DNA of 52,962 bases from Pelomyxa schiedti. Its lineage: Eukaryota; Protista; Evosea. The DNA lies in the NCBI GenBank assembly GCA_020536535.1, contig JAHLWZ010000903.1:1-52962 (forward strand), in the 5' to 3' direction. Shown one piece after another: positions 44,369 to 52,962 of the stretch. The stretch's first letter is position 1. Each line of letters starts with the position of its first letter. The translations under genes and the position numbers were made by a program. The notes beneath the pieces were generated by a model. The model searched no databases. It worked only from the letters and a program-made list of their open reading frames with translations, and was not told the DNA's origin.

Positions 44369-46811
44369 TTACAGCGTCCAGGGCCAGAAGGGAGGGCAGA
44401 CGTTGCTGTAGTGGAAACCGGCAATTATCCAGCCACCACCGTTTCTAGTTGGGGGCAAAGTTAAAAGAAGGGGTAGGAAGAAACATAAGGAACGGGAAAC
44501 ACACGGGAAGCATGCTGCTGTTGCACCAGCAGTCAAGAATAAGTAAAACACTAACTGTTTCTTCATTGAACCATGAAGAACCGGAGGTTTCTTGCATATC
44601 TTGACTAGCCGAAATCGGTCCACCAACAACCTTTGGCTTAAGTTAGCTATCTCATTTCGGGAACGGTGTGACAAACTCGAATAAGTTGATGATTAAACCC
44701 ATTGCGGAAATCATTGGTACAAAGGGAAAGCCAAGATAAATTACAAACTGCCTGTATAGAAGTTCAAGGTACTCTTCAGCCACCTCAAATTCCGGCTACA
44801 GGGAGTTAGCAATGCAACGCACCAAAAATTATTTACCCTCTTCGATTTTGGACTCAGCTGTTTATCTTTCTTGCAACAGGAGCAAGTAAAAATTTTCTTT
44901 ATGATTGGCCATACAATAGGCAGAATGATTTCCATAAAGTTGGATACCTTTACGGAATTTAGAAATGGAGCTTAAGGTAGAAAAGTACAATCAAATCGAT
45001 TGCAAGAAGCATAACAAATTGGTCTCCAATCGAGACCAATCCGCAGATCTTCTCCAGCTCTTCAGAATTGGGTCTGGATGTACTTGAAGTAAAGTTTCCA
45101 CTGCTAGAATCTTCGAACCAAGGGATATCTGGAATATCCCAGTTGAATGTAAATTGTTCGGCATATCTCACAGCTACAAGCCAGCGGCATAGATAGACAG
45201 AGGCAAGACTCATAAGCTACAAGATACTGAGTACATTTATGGCCAATGAAGTTACCTTAAATAAGTACCACTTTAGTAAGGCATGGTTCCTGTTGGTAGA
45301 ATGAGTTTCAAGACATAATCACAGAAAGCGTAAAGCGTACTCAAAAGAGATCCACGTCTTGTGGCGCTCAAACTTGGTAAGGTAAGTACCAAGTACTCCC
45401 CAAACCATCCTAATAATACAAATTACAAATGCAATACACGCCGAGGCACTGTTGAGAAGATCAGCATTTGGGTAACTATAAGTGACTTTACACTTTAGAG
45501 CTGACAAAATTCATCTCTAGTATTGCAAATCCAAAAGTAAAAATTGCAAGAAGGAGCAGTAAGAGAATGAATATAGAATAGCACAGACACATTCTTGCAA
45601 TATGTGAACACTTGGAAATAGCTGCATTTTCCTGACTGTGGTTAGAAATAGCTACAATTTTATGAGGATACTGGGATTGTGTCCTCCACATCCCAGTTAT
45701 CTTCGTGGTCAAAAAGTTGACGTTTATTGAAGAAGCCAGACACTGTCTTGGAGTAGAGGGGGCTATTTTGATTGGTTGGTTGGTAACAGACAGGTTATCT
45801 TTGACTTACCCCAGAAAGAACGCAGAAATAATAACAACAGACACCGTAGTAATCCTAGTGGTAAATTGGTATCAAAACAAAAAAACAATTGCAGTAACCA
45901 GTATGAGAAGACAGGTTGTGAGTATGATGAAAGATAGAATAGTTTTCGTTGTTCCTGCACTATAGACAATGCATCGTCGTCGGAATTCCCAATGGAAAAA
46001 TCAATAAAAAAATGAGGAACAAAGTTGATGGCAGCTTTCTGGATATTGGACAATGATAATTGGAGAAAAGCCTTACCAAGCAGAAATAAGAAGACATTTG
46101 TAAGAATAACAAAATTCAAGAAATGAAAGTACAACTGTACACCAATTCCATAACTTGTCAAAGTTGAGGTAGTAAAACAAATTCACATGAAGGCGTACTA
46201 TGACCCAAGTGTTGCACTTGAGGAACATACACCAGGTGGTTTTATCTGATCTTCTTCTATCGGCTCTTCACTGAAGGCTTCCCCCGTAGTAGCATCGGAA
46301 ACTTTGATAGCTTGTATTGCCAATGTAGTTTCCGGATTTTTTATCCTGAAGTAAAGCTAAACACCCTTTGAAGAGCCAACATAATTACTTTTTCAGGTAT
46401 GGGTGCCCTGTTTTGGTATATTTGACTCTATAGCCTTCTGGGACCTGGAGAGGGCTGATATACTTATTAATTTGGCAGTGAGTTAAATTGCATTACCCAA
46501 CAAGGCCAGACTCAAACCCTAGTACAGTTTCTTTTTGAAAAATTAGAATAAAAAAAAAATAGGGAATGGCCGAGAACCTGCAATAATATGCCGAGTTTTT
46601 CTCTATTGTTCCCGGTTATAAAATAAACGAGAATAAAAAAAGGAAGGCACACTTCATCAACAGGCCAACCAGAAGGCGACGATACAATCTCTCGCTTTTT
46701 CCTTTTTTTCTCCTTTTTCTTGTGCTTCTTTTCCCCTTGCGTGTTAATGGCACCACCAACAGTAGGAGTCATCCCGACCCCGTAGTCGATTGGCACCCCA
46801 TCGTGGCTCAT
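44369..46811 (-). CDS. Transmembrane channel-like (TMC family) protein, many introns
   Basis: YGIGVQLYFHFLNF, YLTKFERHKTW, KWYLFK, CGLVSIGDQFVMLLAIDL, RPEFEVAEEYLELLYRQF, VDRFRLVKICKKP. The stop position is approximate. Confidence 0.82.
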
Positions 46812-47043
46812 TACGGTTATCTCGCGTTTGGTTAATTTAACGAAAAAGTGATTTCGTGCAGTTTGTAAAAAAAAAAAACGGCGCCGTCCGGGAAATGACG
46901 CCAACGCCCAAGTTGTCTCGGGTTGAGTGGAACCGACGTAAAATAACCTGTGTGTCATTGTCAATGACATAAATTGCCTGCAAAAAAAAATAAAACATTG
47001 CACGTAGATCCAGGCAAGGCAGATCCCCATAAAACATATTTAA

Positions 47044-47673
47044 ATGATGTGGCAAGCAGTGCACTTAATGAGAAGGATGCCGCGGTTCATTGCGTTTGCC
47101 ATGGTCTTCGTCATCCTGGTAATACTAGCGGACATAGTTTGTGCACAAGTAGGCGCCAAGACACCACTGGATCTCGTTGAGGTCCTCACACACCAGTCAC
47201 GTACGTTCTTCTTCTGGGCGGGATTCCAGCTTGGCCAGCACTCCGATTTCTATTTCCCTCGTCTCTGCTTTGCCCGAGGAATGGGGTACATCAAGCAGCT
47301 GATCCTGCCGGTTGACTTGTTCACATCCGGACTCAAGGATACATTCTCCTCTTTCTTCCGGCTCGCTGCATCGCCGCTGTCGTTTGTGTCTGGATATATT
47401 GATGGAATGGCAAGCACCCAGGATATGAACACTGCCTCGATCGGCACCTTTTTGATCTGGTCCACGCTCTTCTACATCATCGGTTTTGGCAGTGCACTCG
47501 TTTTTGTGGCTAAAGATGGAGTTAGGCTTTACCCCTACAAGAGTAATACCGTGGTGTTGACTCCCACTCCCACATCCGTATCAACATCCACATCCACTTC
47601 CGCTTCTACAGCACAAACTCCTGCTGTAGCTGCCCAAGACACCAGAGATGAATCATACCTTGACAATGACTGA
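47044..47673 (+). CDS. Hypothetical membrane protein
   Basis: Intronless 209-aa ORF with N-terminal and C-terminal hydrophobic helices and a Thr/Ser-rich tail. Confidence 0.65.
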   Translation: MMWQAVHLMRRMPRFIAFAMVFVILVILADIVCAQVGAKTPLDLVEVLTHQSRTFFFWAGFQLGQHSDFYFPRLCFARGMGYIKQLILPVDLFTSGLKDTFSSFFRLAASPLSFVSGYIDGMASTQDMNTASIGTFLIWSTLFYIIGFGSALVFVAKDGVRLYPYKSNTVVLTPTPTSVSTSTSTSASTAQTPAVAAQDTRDESYLDND

Positions 47674-47801
47674 AAGAAGTAAGTATTTAATTCTATTTTC
47701 CTTTTGGTAACAACTCGAATAGTTTTTGTTGCGAGAAAACAAGGTCACTGATGAACGCCATTTTTCCTATTCTATGTTTAATTCACAATAAAGAAACTCT
47801 T

Positions 47802-49058
47802 TCACCAAGCATAGTCCACGTAAATTGCCAGGTGGTCACTCAGCCCCTCCCCTCCAACTTTCCAGGAAGTCACATCCAGCCCAGAAGATAACAGCCAGTC
47901 CAGCTTGGCGCGCCACAGCCCGCAAAAGCCATGGAACGTGCAGTCACTGTGCTTGTCAAAGGGGTCACTGAACCTACTAGCAAAGCCACTACTGGCCAGC
48001 TCCCTCAGCAACGCGGGGCACGACGCACCGAGGCTCTTCACTGCACGGGAAGCGCCCTCTGGCGTGCCGAAGATGTTCTCCTGCCACCACTGGGCCTCAG
48101 ACTGCCCAATAGTGGAAAAGCGCATCCAGTCAGTGCTTGGGTACACTATAGGCAGGAACCTGATGACGCCGTGCATTAGGGTGTTGAAGTCCCCGCCAAT
48201 CACACATGGGCTGTTTCCGCATCCCGTTGGCTCTGGTTTGGCTGCATGCAGCATCACCTTTTGGTCTTTAGTGAGTTGTTTACTTGCTTGCTCGTTGTTT
48301 GGTGGAATGGTTGTTTGTGACAGGAGGGGAGAGTAAAATAAAAAGGGGAGGATGGGGTTTATCGCCTTACGGAGACATCACCGTACTTCTGAGAACTGAG
48401 ACAGCCTCCCTGCGATTCCAGTGAAGTTCTCCAGGTGCACGGAATACACCCTAAGTGTAGTCTCGGCTCCCGTCCCAGTGTCAGTCCCATTATTGGTTCT
48501 TTGGGGTAGCCTCAAGTCTGCCCACACCGCGGACCTGGCGCCGCGCCGCGGCTGCCCGAGCACGGCGCCGCGCGAGGTCCAGTCGAACGGCTGGCTGGAG
48601 AAGGCGAAGGAGCCGCAGCGCAGCAGCGGGAGCCGCGACAGCACCGCGTTGCCGTGGACGCCGCCGCCGCGCGTCGGGTGGAGCTCGCGGAACTCGCAGC
48701 AGAAGGCGCACGTGGGCCAGGCGAGGCGCCGGGCGACGGCCGAGGCGACGTCGCGGAAGCCGGTGCGGCCGCAGCCGACGTCGACCTCCTGCAGCAGCGC
48801 GACGTCGCAGCGCAGCGACGCGAGCCAGTCGCCGATGGCGTCGGCGCGGTGGCCCCTCTCGATGTTGAACGACACGACCCTGAGGCGCCCCGGCACCCCC
48901 GCGTCCGCGCCGCCGCTGCCCGTCGATGCAGCCGATGACGAGGAGCTACAAGAAGACGAAGATGCAGATGCAGCTATGGGCGGCGCAGTTGTGGTTGCTT
49001 CTGTTGTTGCGGGACCGACCCATAACTGCCCCGCCTCCAATGCCAAAGCGCTGTGCAT
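47802..49058 (-). CDS. Endonuclease/exonuclease/phosphatase (EEP) family protein
   Basis: RVVSFNIERG, DVALLQEVD, HGNAVLSR, YSVHLE, IGGDFNT, KLDWL, SDHLAI. At least one intron near 48260-48390. Confidence 0.9.
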
Positions 49059-49466
49059 GACAAAAACAATTCGGTTTTCTGGTAAAAAGAGCGGGATGTA
49101 CAATCACCGTTTTCGTGAAATCTGTAAAAAAAATAATTCCCTCACTGGGGCTCGCACTGCGTTGTGTGGCTTCAATGAGAGTGTTTCCATTGTATTGAAC
49201 AAGTCATTGCCAACAAAATTCACCGGGGCGAGAATCCGAATCACTTCTGTTCCTGGGAGAAAGTGGCAGAAAGAAAACTGCACTCTCCACACTGCCGCAC
49301 CAACAATTACGTAATTGAAGGGGAACCTCAGTACTTTCCCCCGCCTGTATTCTCTATCAGAAAGATTTGCAATTGTAATAATAGACCTCTGTTGTACTAT
49401 GCCCATGCTGTGCTTGCTATCCCCACCAAATGACTGATGCTGCCTGCACCCCACCCCAAACTCCCA

Positions 49467-49570
49467 GCTCCAAATGCACCGCTCCAAATGCTCCCAAATG
49501 CACACCACCCGCGCTCTCAAATGCCCACTCTTTGCTGCTCCAAATGCTCCTTGCTGCTCCAAATGCACCC
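49467..49570 (+). repeat. Imperfect tandem cluster of six CAAATGC cores (unit ~GCTCCAAATGC)
   Basis: Cores at about 49471, 49485, 49495, 49518, 49541 and 49560. Confidence 0.7.
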
Positions 49571-49678
49571 TATCTGTTCTGTTAATGTCAAGTAAGTAGC
49601 GTGGTTAATAATTGATATTGACTCTGATAGCAGGCATTTAGCACTATCCTCTCTGTGCAATAGAGAGGCGGCTTGTAG

Positions 49679-50662
49679 GGGAACCTCTTCGCTGCTGAGC
49701 CCTCAAAGCCAGAACAAAAGCAGGCCAAGGCCAGAAGAAGTTCCATAGAAAGTGAAGAATTTAGTTCTAATTTTCAGGCCTATGCCATGGATAAAGCACT
49801 GAATGACGAAAAGAAGCAAAAGCAGGAACAACCACGACCACAAATAAGTGTCCATCAGGAACAAATGAAGAAATCAGAAGAATTCAAACCCCAAGCACTA
49901 CCTCACCTCATGCCTGGTATGATGGCGCCTCCAGCTTCATCCTTCCAATCATTAGGGATTGGTGGCTTAGCAGGGGCGGTTCCCGCATTCCTCTGCGATG
50001 GCTGCTCAGCCTTATGGATACCCACCCCCCCTCCCCCTCCCTCTTCCCTATTTGGCATGTTTATGGGTGGAATGCCACAGTCAATGGCAGCGCCTCCAGC
50101 ACAACCCACGAAACCCACACGACTCACACAAGCTCTTCCATCAGGTTCTCAAGTATGCAAATTCCATGAGAAATCCCCAAATACGTTTCCTAACATTTAA
50201 ATAGGTGCGCCCGTTGGACAAATTCATATTTATGCAGAAATCTGATGGCTCCTGGGATTTTACTGAAGCCGCTGAGAGTATTCTAGGTTCGCGTTGCATC
50301 AAATTCATCTCTCACTGATTTCGACAATCCCTAGGAATCACAATGCAAAAAATCAGGGATACAGTCCCAACGGAATTGTCCACTGCCAAGAATTCCCTTA
50401 TCATCTGGAGCACTGCTATAGGTTTAACTTGACCTCCCCTTGCCACTACCACACCCCAAAGTCCATGCTACCTTCCTAATTTCTTTTTCTCCCTTCCGCA
50501 GCGCTCTCTGCCCTCTCTATTCTATTTGCGGATAGTACGGATGAGTGGGAGATTCTAGCCACCAAAGGGCGCAAGTGGCTCAATGCACGCCTCACGGAAC
50601 TACACGTCGAACTCACCGTAATACTCACCCAAGCCAAAGCACTGTCCCCAAGCAGAACGTAA
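49679..50662 (+). CDS. Protein with Pro-rich region and VWA5/PARP4-like C-terminal helical domain; 5' end unresolved
   Basis: Spliced FMQKSDGSWDF..|..IWSTAI|AL..DEWEILATKGRKWL matches my recollection of the VIT-vWA protein C-terminus. The frame is open from a putative acceptor at ~49678. Confidence 0.65.
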
Positions 50663-50996
50663 TAAGTGGTACACTGTTACGAAACAGAACCTTTCACCAT
50701 CAAAATCCTCTTTTTCAGAAAATAAAATTTTTTGGCTTCGAGAAAGCGATACACGGAGTCACAGCAGTCTGCCAGGTCAATGCGGGACGACTTATCAAAA
50801 ATTATGGGACTTGCGTTGCCTTTTGGTGTCCGAGACCAAGCCATTTGTGTTCATTACCATGTATTAAAAGAACTAATCTCTAACAAACCAAAAACGCACT
50901 GAACAAGCTAATAATGAAACCCAAACCCACGTGACTCCCAACTAGTAAGAAACATCCAGTTAAGGCAGGCCAAAACCAAAACTTTCTCTTAATTGT

Positions 50997-51981
50997 TTAA
51001 TCATCCATACCTTCCCGCAGGAGTGCAATACATTCTATTTAGGGGTTACAGAATTGTACTAGTGCTTACAAACAAACCTCGCCTCTTCTTTTGAAGCTGT
51101 GACAATTCTTCTTGCATGGTAACTAGTTTCTCATTTGATGCACGCAACTCATTTTTTGTCTTTTCCAACTGAAAAAGCGAGGCTTCATATTCAGCATGAA
51201 GAGTTTCCAGTTGGTCCTGCATATGCTTGATCTCCAACTGTGAATCTCTCAAGCAGTTTGCAGTCTCCTTTTTGGCATTACCTTGTAGAAATATTAGAGT
51301 AAATTCACTTGGGAGCAAACAAACTGGTGTCAACTAGCTCTGTCCTCAATCTCTTGCCTATTGTAACAAGATTCTGGAGCTCCGCAATCTTTTTATCCCA
51401 CTCTGACACCCTATCACCCCTCTCTACTAACATATCAGCCAAGGGGGACAACAGAACTGTTGTCCTTGGTGGGCACATGTTCACAATGACTGCCGTTTTG
51501 TTTGCAGATCTTTCGCGTTCAGCTCTTTCTGTTGACCCACGCGGCAATTCATAATGTATAATGAAGTCCACCCCCTTGATATCTTGAACTTGATCGACCC
51601 TCCACGCTAGCAGTACTGTTATTTTGCCCTTTCTAGGCTGTGCACAATCCTATGCGAGGTAATCTTATTGCCTAAATTTAACAATCCCCAAAAACAACCT
51701 TTGCCATTCCCATTAACACTTGCGCTTCTAGAATCCCAGCTCCCCTAATAGCATCATAGAGTCCCAGAACTTCTGTCTTCGATGCACCAAAAACAAGAAC
51801 CACACCCACCATTCTGACAAGCCACCCAAGCAACCTTGTGCATGTAAACAAGATATACAACCAAGATCAAAAAACAACAAATCACGTGCCTATCAACTTT
51901 CCTTCCTTCTTGGTATTCGTCGTCGATGTGTCGATTTCCCGACTCTGACGCCTCGCCCATAGAAACCTCGTTGCACGACAT
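50997..51981 (-). CDS. Degenerate stand-alone DEAD-box helicase C-terminal-like domain plus coiled coil
   Basis: VVLVFGASKTEV (motif IV-like) and ITVLLA..QDIKGVDFIIHYELP (motif V region), followed by a heptad-rich tail. Motif VI is eroded. Confidence 0.6.
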
Positions 51982-52499
51982 CGGGTACTCACTTTACTTG
52001 TTTTGCTTTGTGGGATATTTATGGCGCCAAGATCTAAAAGGAAAATGGTCAATGGGAACAACAGATCGTCCCACTCTCCTTTCCTCTGCTCCAGACCACA
52101 AAGGCTTAGGACTAGAGGTAAATGAAGCAACATGAGGTGCCGCCGTTGCATTCAAGAGACCCGTTCCTTATCATCCAATTCATGGAAAACCGGTATTATT
52201 CTATTTACTTTTAAAAACGATGTGCTGCAAGGGAGGTTGAAGCCGATGGAGGTGTCGGTGTTGTGCATTTTGGGACTGTTTTTGATCAAAAACAGCATCC
52301 CTCCGTACCATAGAACATATTTCGATTCTCTCCCTCTCGTTTGGTTCGCTTTTATGAAGCGGTTTTCGTACGGCTCGGGGAGAATTATTGGTTTGATTTC
52401 TTGTAAGCCTTCTTCGCCCCCGCATTTCGAGTACATTAATTTTATGGTCCACTTTTCTTGTTGGCTTGGCAATTTACAGGTTACCTCAGTTGCACTGCC

Positions 52500-52532
52500 T
52501 TCTAAGTAGTTCGCAGTGCGAACTACTTAGAA
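52500..52532. repeat. Perfect 33-bp palindrome (16-bp arms, 1-nt spacer)
   Basis: TTCTAAGTAGTTCGCA-G-TGCGAACTACTTAGAA. Confidence 0.95.
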
Positions 52533-52962
52533 CCCCACGGCATTAGTATTGGATGCCCTAATTCCCGTATTTCACACTGGGGCAGTACACGGAGAATTCC
52601 AGTACTAACACCAGTACTAACGTCTTTCTCAGAAGTTAAGCTCTTATTTGTATTAATTTCGAACTACTCGCGATTATTCTCCACAAACTACTTTGTTCTT
52701 ACTTACAGAAAGAACAAGATACTTACACCAACAAACCATTACCAGTCCCAAAAAAGAATATGGAATATTTTGTGTTATTGCCGAATGATAGTTGTTACAT
52801 TGCCCCTTTTTAAATAGGGCCAGCTTGGTGCCACGCCGCAGCTGTATTTGTTTTTGCGATGAGAGTCCACTGTGGTGTGGGTTAAACCCGGTAAAGCTTA
52901 ACAACCAACAGTCATTACCGAAGCCATGTCTCAATGCCGGTTTCATAAAAGAGGGGTTGCTC

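Noticed and set aside
49467-49570. CRISPR-like array
   Set aside because: The units are ~11 nt with irregular short spacing, there are no cas genes, and the context is eukaryotic.
52152-52946. Short ORFs at the right end (52152-52472, 52674-52946)
   Set aside because: They have non-ATG or weak starts and no recognisable motifs, so I cannot support them as genes.

Overview
This is gene-dense eukaryotic nuclear DNA, not prokaryotic. It carries about 29 protein genes split by short GT-AG introns (mostly ~30-90 nt), with intergenic gaps often only 110-250 bp and many head-to-head gene pairs. The ORF track shows only exon fragments, so I rebuilt gene models by hand across introns. The lineage-specific gene families and intron style suggest an archamoeba such as Pelomyxa, which is an inference from recall and not a search result. 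Recognisable genes: B-box protein, ankyrin protein, GH32 fructanase with two CBM66 modules, beta-solenoid/RING protein, cation/Ca2+ exchanger, G-patch/C2H2 protein, SAM methyltransferase, VPS9 GEF, HEAT protein, RING+IBR/Rcat-like protein, receptor-type class III cyclase, VPS33, SEC13, DUF3626 protein, CCDC96-like, HACL1-like, PAP2, PH+C1, TMC, EEP, a VWA5-like C-terminal domain and a degenerate helicase C-domain. Most interesting: (i) a DUF3626 (putative ADP-ribosyltransferase-like) domain on a ~400-aa Ser/Thr tether ending in a polybasic CaaX anchor; (ii) a shared F-box-like N-terminal motif on lineage-specific proteins, one of which is also CaaX-tagged; (iii) CpG-island-like 5' ends beside a CpG-depleted gene body, with CpG->TpG decay visible inside one repeat; (iv) an Asn/Cys-ladder beta-solenoid fused to a RING E3; (v) bacterial-type genes that have gained introns; (vi) a perfect 33-bp palindrome near the right end. 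I found no rRNA, tRNA, CRISPR array or transposase.
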